Positions 24,561 through 64,000 of a DNA stretch of 64,000 nt are shown here, in pieces. Both the position numbers and the translations under genes were made by a program. Position 1 is the stretch's first letter. Each line of letters starts with the position of its first letter. The notes under the pieces are model-generated. The model did not search any database, had not been told where the DNA came from, and saw nothing but the letters and a program-made list of their open reading frames with translations. The stretch covers positions 372,001-436,000 of the forward strand of contig JAQGDQ010000017.1 of NCBI GenBank assembly GCA_030141605.1, in the 5' to 3' direction. The stretch is from Tubiluchus corallicola (lineage: Eukaryota > Animalia > Priapulida).

Positions 24561-27386
24561 AAGATAATGATCTTTTGTGAAATTAAAAGTTATTTCTCAG
24601 ATAATAAGGTGTTGCAGAATTAGAACAAATACGAAGTGGGCTACATTTACTACGTTTGAGGCACATTAACCAGCTCAATTTCAGGCATGTCAGCTAGTAA
24701 GATCTGTTGATCAGAGGAATTTCTAATTGGACAAAGAGAAACGGAATCAAATGGTTTTCTAAAATCAATATTATAGAATATCAGTTGATGGGAGTGAAGG
24801 GTCATCAAATAATTGGGACCAGTCATTTAGGCATTCAAGAAGAATTGTTACTGTGGAGCATTGTGGCAATGAGCCATGTTGATTATTATTGAATCGGCCA
24901 GAAAATTGGAGGAATTTTAGTATATCGTCACACAAAACAGGTTCAAGACATTTAGAGACAACAGAATCTAGAGAAATAGGGCATAATAGTCTGAGTTCAG
25001 CAGCCTGATTTCTTTTTCCCTCAAGGATAAAAGACTTTCTTGCATCTCTGTTATCATCAGAAATTAATAGAATGCACAACAGCATTAACTTTTACAGTGG
25101 TTCCTCTGTCTCACAGGCTATAATATCCCAAAAATTATAATGATTTCCCAATAACTTGCAAAACTCATCTGGTTTAACATTCCATCTGTAATGTCTTTCT
25201 GCCATCTTCCAATTTAATCCCATTGCCCTTCACTTAATCGAACCCAGACTTTTTCTGTGTCATGTATCGCATCAATACATGTAGTTAACGACCCCGTAAG
25301 CACAGTAACCCAAAGCAGTAAGAAAACCTGTAGCTAGAGTGAAGATAAAGTCTTTAAGAAAACCCGAAATCAACTCAATATTATTAACGCGAGTTCTGCT
25401 CTATTGCGGTCAAGCCTTTTTGGTTGTTTCATCACAATAACTTGTTTTACAGAAGAAGAAAATTTTTCCAAAATTAGTCCGTTGGTTAACAACAATAATT
25501 ATTCGTCTGTTTGTTCGGGACGACCACATGCCTTATTTACTAAACTAACCGATTTCTGAACCAGGTAAATGCACGTCGATCTTTAATATTTTCAGATAAT
25601 TGGTGGTGTATTAAAACAAGTAAGATGGCATTTGCATCTACACATTAATTTTGTGACTTTTTCCCACTACAGTGGATCACGATCTTGTTTTATATTCACG
25701 TAAACATTTACATAAAGATGGAGAAAGATAGAGTAGTTTTATTCTCCATCTTCATTTTAAGATGTCATATTGTAATTAAAGCCCAATAAAGATGTGAAAT
25801 GCTGATTGCATGAAAACATTGAAGGCATTACAGATCCATCATTGGCATATGAAAATTGGAATGAATGTGTGTAAGTAACCCACATGTTGTGGGTTGTGGT
25901 TGGAATTGATGATTTGTATGATGAATATATAGACAAATTAAAGGAACTAAATGCCAGAATTAACTAAACCCTGAAAGTAAGAAATTTGTTAGGAATTGAC
26001 TTTGAGATTCAGAAATCAAATACACCCGTTACAAGATTGAATTCGGTTTGCACTTGGATAATTACCTCCCAGAAGGGAGAGAAAGGCTGACATGAAGTTG
26101 CTGTAAGTGGGACTGTGCCAGGTTGGAAAACATGCTGAGCGATGTGCTAACGCATACGTGCTGCAAACGCTCCATGCCCTATAACATTGCACTCCTTGCG
26201 CACGCCCGTATCCACATAAATTTGCATGCTTGTCACTATAAAACTTTTCGTAGTTTATTTAATCTACATCCTGTAAATAGAGTTCAATACAAACTTTCGC
26301 ACAGATCTTGACAAGAACAAAATTCAATTCAATGGTTTCAAGAGTTAAATCAGCGCTGTGGATATCCTGATCATTGTGGTCAATCAAGGCAATCATCATT
26401 CATCATAAAGGTCATAATCCTGTGCCTTTGAAGTAAATTTTGTCTTTATTTTGGCAGATGTTATGGCGAATTAGTATGGCTGTCGGTGAAAAATTGATTA
26501 AATTCTTACTTCCTTAACTGAAATAAGTAATTGTCTTCCTGTTCTATGTCTTTAATTACTCAGCTGTCACACAGGCAGGCCTATCATTGTGCTCACATTA
26601 ATTTTCTGATAGCACCGCCCACCAACAAAAATGTTCATGCCCAGATATATACCAAATTTACAACTCAAATTCCAGCCTGGGGACTGAGAGTTGTCTTGAG
26701 ACTCTGTCATGATATTACTGATTTTTAATTCTGGCTTTAAGTGAATGTCACCATCTAGGTGATTGGCACTGATTAAAATCAATGCTGTATTGCTTATTAA
26801 AATTGTTGTAAATGCTGAAAATACACTAAAATAGTCAAATCAGTAACATAATTTTAATTTCAACACCAGTAATATAAAACCACTTTATAATTAAATAAAG
26901 TTAGTAACTGTATAACCATAGTCAAATCATCACACATCTTGAGAATAGATTCCTGCAAATTTCCTGTACATTTAAAGTCATGGAGAAGCAATATTTTAAA
27001 TCTTTTTGTTTTTTGATTGTAGGTTGCAAATTCTGATTAAAATTGACTTAATTAGCAAATACTTAGCAATAATACTTTATTTAGCAAAAGAAAGTAAAAG
27101 ATCGAATGGATGTTCTCTTTTGCCACAGTGTTTGACGTATCATTTTCCTCATATTAAGCGAAGTTGTCAAAACTTTTGCTATGAACCACAAATTTGGTGT
27201 GTTAAATATGAACATGTAGATATTTACTAACAAGTGTACAGAAAATCAAACTAAAGTCGGTGTGCAAAAGAAAACTTTGCATCTTATTGAGGATCTATGA
27301 TATGTGTAGAGCAGATGGCCATCATTCCAGTCATATGCGCATAAAAGAAATATGTCTTTAATGATTAATATATATAGTAAGGGCAA

Positions 27387-27853
27387 TACACTCATATCTC
27401 AGTTTGCTTGGCCTTGTTTTTATGGACATCAGAGGAATCTGATAAAATCTGGACCGTTAAAAAGTCCCACATACTACAGACACTATTCGTTGTTCCATGA
27501 GCTGACCGCTAGTTGTCGACCATCACTTTGTTTACATCATTATATCAGTGTAACCAAGTAGCGTATAACGACACATGTTTAGTTTGTATGTCAGCGTGTT
27601 TAAGTGATTTAATCAGAGTCAGTTATAAAGTCACTTATGCGGAATTATTTGAGTCAATTGCAAACAGTTTTTATACACCTTTGCATAGGAGCGGCTCTTA
27701 TTAGACGTTTTTGAGACAACTTGGCAATTGATTCTACATTATCATGAGTCTAGTACTAAGTCTGTATTAGCTTAGTATCGGAAAATACGCACAATCGGCA
27801 AATTCGGACCGACGTCTTCCCGCTTTTGTCTGGCAAACCGAAATATAAGTGTA
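27387..27853 (+). mobile_element. TA-target MITE family A, copy 1
   Basis: Ends TACACTCATATCTCAGTTTGC / GGCAAACCGAAATATAAGTGTA; internally similar to the copies at 30200, 37733 and 51553. Confidence 0.85.
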
Positions 27854-27980
27854 ATGATTTCAAGTAACATAAATCTTGGTTAACATAAACGTGGGTCTTT
27901 CTGATTAATGTAAATATTGCTATGATAGTAACGATCATAAGTCGTTATTATGAAAAACTTTTCACTTTTGCTCTTTGCAG

Positions 27981-55134
<27,154 letters not shown>

Positions 55135-55602
55135 GTAAGTGGGACAAATTTGAAGAGAGGTGACGGAAGGACATTCACTTTGAGATACGTCTTTTGGACG
55201 TGATTTTGCACGACTGTAAGCTGTTATTAGTATTATAAGTAAATCACAACCATGGGCCTACAACACAGATTTACATCTTGTCTCAGTATTTCAGCAGTTG
55301 TGATGCATAGTAATCAGTGGTGTGATTTGCTATAAAAGGCAGAATGTACGGTGCTTTTGGTGGTGATGGATTTCAGTGAGAGACGGGTGAGATGGATGAC
55401 GAAATTTACTTAGTACTCATACTAAGAGGTCAGAAAGTTTGAATGTACGAATGACGAACTCTAGAAAGGTCGACTACATTTATCTAACTTCTCTCCTATT
55501 TCGCCTGTTAGAAAACTTGCTGTTTTATTATATTAACTTGCAGCAGGGCCATGCTAAATTTGCTGTATAAACCGCCTAAAGTAAACAAACTAAACAGAAG
55601 TG

Positions 55603-56060
55603 TACCGTATTTATTCGAGCATAACGCACAAAGTTTTTTACCTAAGTTTGGGTGCGCGTTATAAACGAGGGCTGGGGTGACACGCTTAGATGTATCAATA
55701 TATTATTTGTGCAATCACTCATTAGTCAAAGATATCACTGACCACAATCGCAAAACAACTGGGACACTGATGATAAATTGACTCAAAAAGAATGGTAACA
55801 ACTCTTTGGCGTATCTGATGATGAATCGCACTTTGAAGGATTTTAAATAAATATTGTAAATTTTATTTCGGTATTGTGTTCATTGTTTACTTTACGTTGT
55901 CAATAAATGATTTTTATCATGGCCGCACGTGTTCAACAACGTTTGTCACTTACAATGCTTGGTCTGAGCCGAGAAAAAGTGAAACAAAATTTTATACCGA
56001 TTTTTAATCGAAGATAGGGGTGTGCGTTATACACGTGTGCGCGTTATACTCGAATATAGA
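55603..56060 (+). mobile_element. pogo/Tc2-like internal-deletion derivative
   Basis: TA|CCGTATTTATTCGAGCATAACGC left end with an inverted match GCGTTATACTCGAATA at the right. Retains the acidic transposase tail QLFGVSDDESHFEGF* (~55799-55846). Confidence 0.7.
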
Positions 56061-57552
56061 TACCCTCAGCAAATTTACTAACTTCTAACTTGTAAAAGGT
56101 TGCTCTCTGTATATGACTTTTCTAGTCACACCATTGTGAGTGTTATATTGTAGTCTACATTGTGTAAGTAATTGACCACATTGCACATGTTTTCCAATAA
56201 GCCAAAGCAGTGTTATATTACAAAAACAACAATCTGGTAACAAGAACTAAATTAAGAGAATGTGTTGTGAAATTTAAGCTAGAGAATTATGTCATATTAT
56301 GCTGTGATTTTTCGAAAACTAACGTCATCATCATAAATCGCAAGATGTGTACTGTGAGTGAGACGATGTTTATTATAGTGACATGTTTACATCCATCATA
56401 CATTACATGTGCAATCATTTTCACTCTTTATGCACGACAAAAATTTAGACATAAAGCCGACCATTTAGACTTACAAGTCACTGCCTACTGGCACGAAAAG
56501 ATTTTTTTAATGTGTATACGTGGCAAAATTCATATGGATCATATTACTTTACAATTCTAGAAATGATTGTACAAACTGTCTCTCGTTGTTTATAGAGTTC
56601 TTTTTGCCACTTTGTTTAAGAATTTTGCATAAAGCGAGCAAAGCTTCTAGTTAAAACATCAGTATTCACAATAAAATGAAATTTTATTTAATATTTCAAC
56701 ATTTTTTAAATAAATCACTTCTTTGTGTATGATAAAATGTGCAATCAAGTAGGAGATGTATCTCGTTTTGTATTTTGCCTAAATTGCACATTTTGCACAT
56801 TCGTTCCTGCAAAGAAAGTCCATGGAATCGAGTCTCAATTTTTTAAGGCAGAATACGACGTCTAAACCGAGATAAAAGTGATCTTTTACTAATTGCGGAC
56901 TAATTACTAATTATTCACGAACATAATTCGTAATGCAGTGCAACATTTGCAATACTTGTATACACAGATAGATGTAGTGCAATTTTTATACACACATAGC
57001 TGTACTAACATTTTTATAAGACACAAAACAGCATTTAATAGCATGCAGTAATTGTAAACTCAAACAAAATCCATATATGTGAGCATGACAATATTTAGCA
57101 CTTGACATCCTGAATGAGTTCAGATCCATATCCATGTGCATGACATTATGTATATCACTTGACTATGTCTGGCCAGTGCAGTTTAAACCTATGTAACTTG
57201 CCGATATGCAGAACGCTTATGGCTAATTGTGATGCTCCTACATGATTGAACAATTTGCGCTAATTATCACATTTTGGTTCCTTTCTCGGGGCATTAAACT
57301 ATCCCAGCTCTTTTAATTTACCGCGATCTGAGCTTCTACCTTATACGTCTGTCCTGCAAGTTTCATGATTGTACAAGTTATAGTTCTCAAATTATTCAAT
57401 GTTATGAGTTTGATGCCAAAGACTGGATGTTTAGAAAAACAACAGAAAAATCAGCATATGGTTTTTTTAGATCTGCAATGCCTGTTGATAAAAGTAATAT
57501 TTAAAAATTTCCAATGGTCTTACCATTGTAAACTTATTCCTTTTTGTTGATT

Positions 57553-58551
57553 TTACTTTGGGTTGCTTTCTCGACTTGTTGCCATTACAGCAACGCTGAC
57601 ACGAAAGTCACGTTTACAGCAGAACAGACCTTTTATTTTGCTCTTAAGCAGCGGTATTCTAATCATGAAAATTAACGGATTAAATAGTGAATTGCTGGAA
57701 ATACTTATCACCATTATTGGTACTACGTAGAATTTCTTCATTTTGTCGTAAAACTTTGGTGCTAAATTAAGTAATGAACCATAGACAATTTGTGGCAGCC
57801 AGAGTACCACAAATGTTCCAACTATAAGGGCTGTTGTCTGCAGCGCCCTCCCATTGGAACCCATGAAAGTGCTTGTCTGCATCTTAGCTTTAATTTCATT
57901 ATTTAGCTGCACGGCTCTATATATTCTAATATACAGTCCGATTGATATGCAAACTGCTGTGAAGCTCATTGCAGTTCCCAAGGCTCCATTGCTGTCATCG
58001 TACGGCCCTACAAGGCACAAGTATTCATCGTTGTTCCCTATGACATGATTGATGTTCCAGGAAGTTAAAACTGGTAGAATGGCATAGGCTAGATTAAGCA
58101 GAATAATGGCAATCCCAGCGAGTATTACATGCTTTGTTTTAAGTCCCACTGAGTGAGGATAAATGATTTTAAAGTACCTGTCTATAGACATAAGCAACAT
58201 TGAAAGGGCTGACCCCATTAGCCCGAATGACATGAACACGGCGCTGCTCCAACACCAGGCTCCGGTTGGTGGGAAAATGTCATGATTTGGATCAATTCCG
58301 ACGACAAAAAACTTCAGAATGCAGTGTACTCCAACGCAGAAATCAAAGAACGATATCAAGGTTACAATTGACAAAGATGGCCCCACTTTCTTCATTGTTG
58401 TTATGGTTACAATGACGATGCTATTGCTGCTTATTATCAAACATCCCAGGAGCAAACAAACTGAATAAAATACAGTTAAGTATGATCGAATGTGTGGATT
58501 ATGATAGGCTAATCTCTCGATACGATCTCTGCTTTCGTTTCCACTTTGCAT
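57553..58551 (-). CDS. Intronless orphan class A (rhodopsin-like) GPCR, 332 aa
   Basis: Seven hydrophobic segments; TM1 Asn (SSNSIV), TM2 Asp (SFFDFCVG), TM3 Cys and SIDRY, ECL2 Cys, TM6 LWLP, TM7 NSLFNPLIF, C-tail FCCK. First ATG at 58551 (MQSGNES, with an N-glycosylation sequon). Confidence 0.88.
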   Translation of the reverse strand: MQSGNESRDRIERLAYHNPHIRSYLTVFYSVCLLLGCLIISSNSIVIVTITTMKKVGPSLSIVTLISFFDFCVGVHCILKFFVVGIDPNHDIFPPTGAWCWSSAVFMSFGLMGSALSMLLMSIDRYFKIIYPHSVGLKTKHVILAGIAIILLNLAYAILPVLTSWNINHVIGNNDEYLCLVGPYDDSNGALGTAMSFTAVCISIGLYIRIYRAVQLNNEIKAKMQTSTFMGSNGRALQTTALIVGTFVVLWLPQIVYGSLLNLAPKFYDKMKKFYVVPIMVISISSNSLFNPLIFMIRIPLLKSKIKGLFCCKRDFRVSVAVMATSRESNPK

Positions 58552-59839
58552 TTTTTCACTTTTATTCGATTTGATTCTGATGATAGTACACAATGTGCAG
58601 TGAAATGCCGTGTTTTTTATGGTGTTTGTTGCTCTTATTCTTTTATTACGTCCAAAAATGAGTATCAACGATGTATGACTCCAATTTCTCTGCAAGAGTT
58701 CCGTAAATAGCACAAGACTGTGAAGCTATTCTTTCACACTTGTTTCATTTCCTAGTACGGCGAAAGACGCATCCACTCAGCAACTTCAGTGGCATTAATG
58801 AACAGCGCTTGTTAAAGTTGGGTTTGTGGAAAACCATTTGTCATCTCTGTGTCCCACTGGGTACTTAGACTTTAAAGTGCAGCACTGAACATTTTTCTGA
58901 GTCATTTCTTAGAATAACTTAAAATCCATAATTCTTACTCAAGTAAACATATTGTCCTTAAGCAGCTTTCTTCAGATTCTGAAAATAAGCTTATTTATGC
59001 TGGCTTTACATTTGTTTATAGTGTTTCATAACAAGATCGACAATGTTGCGTACGTTGGGAAGGACTTTTATTCCACTCTTCTGCAACTGCTCATTTTAAA
59101 CTTTATTAAGAGCTTTGGTCTTGTGTTGTAACAAGAAAGTTGCATTATGTCCTTTTGTCTAGGTTACTTTTGTTTTTGACAGCGACACTGCAGTTACATT
59201 TTAAGATCTTGTTAAACGTTAAACCAAATTAATGTGTAAATTGCAAACTAAAATTACTTTGGAGCCGCAGCATCTTTGTAGGCATCACAGTAAACAAAAG
59301 TGTTGCCCACAGAAACGGAAACTTTGTTCCATACCTTGGTGATGTTTGATGATCCAATCAAGTAAAAACTTTGTAGTATGATTAGCTAGGATGTCTTTGG
59401 TTCAAAATAAAGAATTTGTAGCAAATGGTTAATTAGCTAATTAATTAGAGTAAAATTAAGTCACATTGATAAATGTTAAAAGTAATATAGTTTAAACGAA
59501 AGATCATGAAGCGCAGACGGATATAGCACTAAAAATTATGACAAAGCTTCATTCATTTAGTGACTTCAACCATTTGAAGTGCATTCTAATCCGAATTTAG
59601 TCTTGCAAACATTGACAAAACTTGGGTATTTAGATTTATTAAATATTTATTTTAATACAGCAACATTTGACAGAATCAAGCCAATGTGGATGACTGAATG
59701 ATCTTTTTTTCTGTGTTTGTGGTAACCATAGAAAAGCTGGTGAATGTTCATTAGGATCTTGACCCCACAGTTATTGGATCGGAATTGCTGGAACTTGTCT
59801 TTGTGTTTGGTGGGTCTGTTTTCACTACGGTTTGCAAAA

Positions 59840-60903
59840 TTATGTGTGGAATCGCGATTCTGAGTGTTGCAGCTCATCCGTGGTGCCTTCCATCCCGCTG
59901 CTTGGCATATTTTCTCGATTGGATACTGTTACGGCAGGGCTGACTTGAAAGCGAGATTTACAGCAGAACAGATCTTCTATTTTGCTCTTAAGCAGCGGTA
60001 TTCTTATCATGCAAATTAACGGATTGAATAATGAATTACTGGACATGATGATCATCATTATTGGTAATACGTAAAATGTCTTGATTTTATTGTAAGACTT
60101 TGGCAGAACACTGAGTACTGCGATGTAGCCTATTTGTGGCAACCAAAGAGCCACAAATGTTCCTATGTTCGTACTATAAGGACTGTTGTCTGTAGCGCCC
60201 TCCTGTTGGAACCCATGGAACTACTTGCCTTCATCTTAGCTTTAATTTCATTGTTTAGCTGCACGGCTCTATATATTCTAACATGCAGTCCAATTGATGT
60301 GAAAACTGTTGTGAAGCTCATTGCAGTTCCCAAGGCTCCATTGCTGTCATCGTACGGCCCTACAAGGCACAAGTATTCATCGTTGTTCCCTATGACATGA
60401 TTGATGTTCCAGGAAGTTAAAACTGGTAGAATGGCATAGGTTAGATTAAGCAGAATAATGGCAATCCCAGCGAGTATTACATGCTTTGTTTTAAGTCCCA
60501 CTGAGTGAGGATAAATGATTTTAAAGTACCTGTCTATAGACAGAAGCATCATTGAAAGGGCTGACCCCATTAGCCCGAATGACATGAACACGGCACTGCT
60601 CCAACACCAGGCTCCGGTTGGTGGGAAAATGTCATGATTTGGATCAATTCCGACGACAAAAAACTTGAGAATGCAGTGTACTCCAACGCAGAAATCAAAG
60701 AACGATATCAAGGTTACAGTTGACAAATATGGCCCCACTTTCTTCATTGTTGTTATGGTTACAATGACGATGCTATTGCTGCTTATTATCAAACATCCCA
60801 GGAGTAAATAAACTGAATAAAATACAGTTAAGTATGATCTAATATGTGGATTATGATAGGCTAATCACTCGATACGATCTCTGCTTTCGTTTCCACTTTG
60901 CAT
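59840..60903 (-). pseudogene. GPCR paralogue, disrupted
   Basis: Colinear with 57553..58551, but AGA>TGA at codon 13 (60865-60867) and an 8-nt insertion (~60164-60171) frameshifts TM6. The C-terminal part survives in ORF 59840..60154. Confidence 0.88.
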
Positions 60904-62302
60904 TTTTTCACTGTTTTATTCGATTTGTTTCTGATGATAGTACAGGATGTGTAGTGAAATGCCGTGTTGTTTTATGGTGTTTGTTGCTCTTAATTCTTTT
61001 ATTACGTCCAAAAATGAGTATCAGCGATGTATGACTCCAATTTCTCTGCAAGAGTTCCGTAAATAGCACAAGACTGTGAAGCTATTCTTTCACACTTGTT
61101 TCATTTCCTAGTACGGCGAAAGACACATCCACTCAGCAACTTCAGTGGTATTAATGAACAGTGCTTGTTAAAGTTGGGTTTGTGGAAAACCATTTGTCAT
61201 CTCTGTGTCCCACTTTGCATCTTTAACAGTCCCTTCAGTCCAAGAAATAATACCAGAAATTGCATAAGCGTGACGATTTACTGCTACGTATTTACACATT
61301 GGTTACTGAAACACATCAGCACTTTGACAGCAATTATTCCACTGATTTTGAAATATTTTAAATGAGTGCGTACCTGCAGAGAGTGCTGGGCATGTGAGTT
61401 AATCACTATGTATACAACAAAGCTTGTGTGTACTTAGACTTTAAAGTGCAGCGCTGAACATTTTTCTTAGTCATTTCTCAGAATAACTTGAAATCGATAT
61501 TCTTACTCAAGTAAACATATTGTCGTTAAGCAGCTTTCTTCAAATTCTGAAGATAAGCTTATTTATGCTGGCTTTACATTTTTCTTAATTGCATTAGTTT
61601 TTTTATTTATAATTGTCTTACCCGGATGCTACGTAATGCAGAAAATCCACTGAGTGACGTCTGTATGGGGTCTCAAACATCCAGATTGCGTGTCTCTGTC
61701 TCTTAGAAAAAAATTGACAATAACAAATTTTTAAGAGACAGTGGCACGCAACCAGTGTGTGCAACAAAGCTCATCTGCGTTTAGATTTTAAAGTTGTACG
61801 ATAGCATTTACTAACAATCATAGTCCGTCAGTCAGGTGGAATTATTGTTGTCACCTCTCAGTCTGATTGAGGCTGACTAATGATTGTTTTTGTAAGTGTA
61901 GGATCTTAAAATTTTGATCTGAAAAGTAATTTTGAATCGGTAATTTTTCGCCAACAACCATCTTGTTTTTTGAACTAGTTATTCAAAATGGCTGCAATGC
62001 GAAAATCAATTACATGTATTTTAATTTTTCAAATTAATAATTTTAACACGTAAGCCTAGAAAAAGAAGAAATTTAGCAGTGGCAGCCAAAGTGACATTTA
62101 TATTTCAAATGCATCGCTTTGAAGTGAGTGTGATTACAAAGGAATGAGTTTTGTCAAATTGAAGCCAATGTGATGTGGGCATAATCTGTTTGTTCTTTAA
62201 AGGAAAAGCCAGTCTACTGGGAAGTTAAGCTTGTTTCAATATTTGCAAAACATCTTGCAAGGATTTACTAATAAAAGTGTCATAAGAGGTTCGTGAAATT
62301 AG

Positions 62303-64000
62303 TAAACGAGGGCTGGGGTGACACGCTTAGATGTATCAATATATTATTTGTGCAATGACTCATTAGTCGAAGATATCACTGACCACAATCGCATAACAAC
62401 TGGGACACTGATGATAAATTGACTCAAAAAGAATGGTAAAAACTCTTTGGCGTATCTGATGCTGAATCGGACTTTGAAGGATTTTAAATAAATATTGTAA
62501 ATTTTATTTCGGTATTGTGTTCATTGTTTACTTTACGTTGTCAATAAATGATTTTTATCATGGCCGCACGTGTTCAACAACGTTTGTCCCTTACAATGCT
62601 TGGTCTGAGCCGAGAAAAAGTGAAACAAAATTTTATACCGATTTTTAATCGAAGATAGGGGTGCGCGTTATACACGTGTGCGCGTTATACTCGAATATAG
62701 ATAGCCTCAGCAAATTATCAGTTTACTAACTTGTAAGAGGTTGCTCTCTCTGTATGACTTTTGTAGTCAAACCATTGTAAGTGTTATATTGTAGTCTACA
62801 TTGTGTAAGTAATTGACCACATTGCACATGTTTTCCAATAAGCCAAAGCAGTGTTATATTACAAAAACAACAAACTGGTAACAAGAACTAAATTAAGAGA
62901 ATGTGTTGTGAAATTTAAGCTTGAGAATTATGTCATATAATGCTGTGATTTTTCGAAAACTAACGTAAGCATCATAAATCGCAAGATGTGTACTGTGAGT
63001 GAGACGATGTTTATTATAGTGACATGTTTACATCTATCATACATTACTTGTGCAATCATTTTCACTCTTTATGCACGACAAAAATTTAGACATAAAGCCG
63101 ACCATTTAGACTTACAAGTCACTGCCTACTGGCACGAAAAGATTTTTTTAATGTGTATACGTGGCAAAATTCATATGGATCATATTACTTTACAATTCTA
63201 GAAATGATTGTACAAACTGTCTCTCGTTGTGTATAGAGTTCTTTTTGCCTCTTTGTTTAAGAATTTTGCATAAAGCGAGTAAAGCTTCTAGTTAAAACAT
63301 CAGCATTCACAATAAAATGAAATTTTATTTAATATTTCAACATTTTTTAAATAAATCACTTCTTTGTGTATGATAAAATGTGCAATCAAGTAGGAGATGT
63401 ATCTCGTTTTGTATTTTGCCTGAATTGCACATTATGCACATTCGTTCCTGCAAAGAAAGTCCATGGAATCGAGTCTCAATTTTTTAAGGCAGAATACGAC
63501 GTCTAAACCGAGATAAAAGTGATCTTTTACTAATTGCGGACTAATTACTAATTATTCACGAACATAATTCGTAATGCAGTGCAACATTTGCAATACTTGT
63601 ATACACAGATAGATGTAGTGCAATTTTTATACACACATAGCTGTACTAACATTTTTATAAGACACAAAACAGCATTTAATAGCATGCAGTAATTGTAAAC
63701 TCAAACAAAATCCATATCTGTGAGCATGACAATATTTAGCACTTGACATCCCGAATGAGTTCAGATCCATATCCATGTGCATGACATTATGTATATCACT
63801 TGACTATGTCTGGCCAGTGCGGTTTAAACCTATGTAACTTGCCGATATGCAGAACGCTTATGGCTAATTGTGATACTCCTACATGATTGAACAATTTGCG
63901 CTAATTTTCACATTTTGGTTCCTTTCTCGGGGCATTAAACTATCCCAGCTCTTTTAATTTACCGCGATCTGAGCTTCTACCTTATACGTCTGTCCTGCAA
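62303..64000 (+). repeat. Segmental duplicate of 55662..57360 (offset ~6.64 kb), running off the window
   Basis: Near-identical sequence throughout. It begins inside the pogo/Tc2 element. Other duplicated blocks: ~57830-58858 vs ~60172-61214, and 58861-59011 vs ~61430-61580. Confidence 0.95.

Noticed and set aside
25360-25570. Candidate non-coding first exon of UBA1 (CAG|GTAAAT at 25565)
   Set aside because: Plausible, but supported only by one donor-like site; needs transcript data.
55768-55822. TGATGA...CTGA pattern suggesting an intronic C/D snoRNA
   Set aside because: Lies within a pogo/Tc2 relic, where it is explained by Asp-rich transposase codons; no terminal stem.
56210-56560. 116-aa ORF repeated at 62986..63201
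   Set aside because: No recognisable motif, and the duplicate has an upstream stop; similarity is explained by the segmental duplication.
58552-58713. 54-aa N-terminal extension of the GPCR in the ORF track
   Set aside because: Begins at a non-ATG codon, and the paralogous region has indels; treated as 5'UTR.
60865-60867. TGA in GPCR copy 2 as a selenocysteine/readthrough site
   Set aside because: It aligns to Arg (AGA) in the paralogue, and the gene also carries a frameshift.

Overview
AT-rich genomic DNA from an animal (probably an invertebrate) with spliceosomal GT-AG introns. Gene order: (1) a minus-strand two-coding-exon orphan gene (~1023 aa) with ten tandem G[LI]LGxCP motifs followed by three putative OB/cold-shock-like folds; (2) NPC1, with the whole CDS in one exon and a solo LTR carrying heat-shock elements and a TATA box upstream; (3) a dead IS630/Tc1-mariner transposon; (4) ODF2/cenexin on the minus strand, also a single-exon CDS; (5) UBA1, 18 coding exons traced in frame (950 codons), with the ubiquitin-fold domain exons not found in the window; (6) a tandem cluster of intronless class A GPCRs (one intact, one pseudogene, start of a third repeat unit) antisense inside a UBA1 intron. 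Introns and intergenic DNA hold many small mobile elements: TA-target MITEs, hAT MITEs with 8-bp and 6-bp TSDs, pogo/Tc2 relics, RTE and CR1 LINE fragments, and a degenerate hammerhead-ribozyme motif. All calls were made by eye. Homologies rest on recalled motifs, not database searches.
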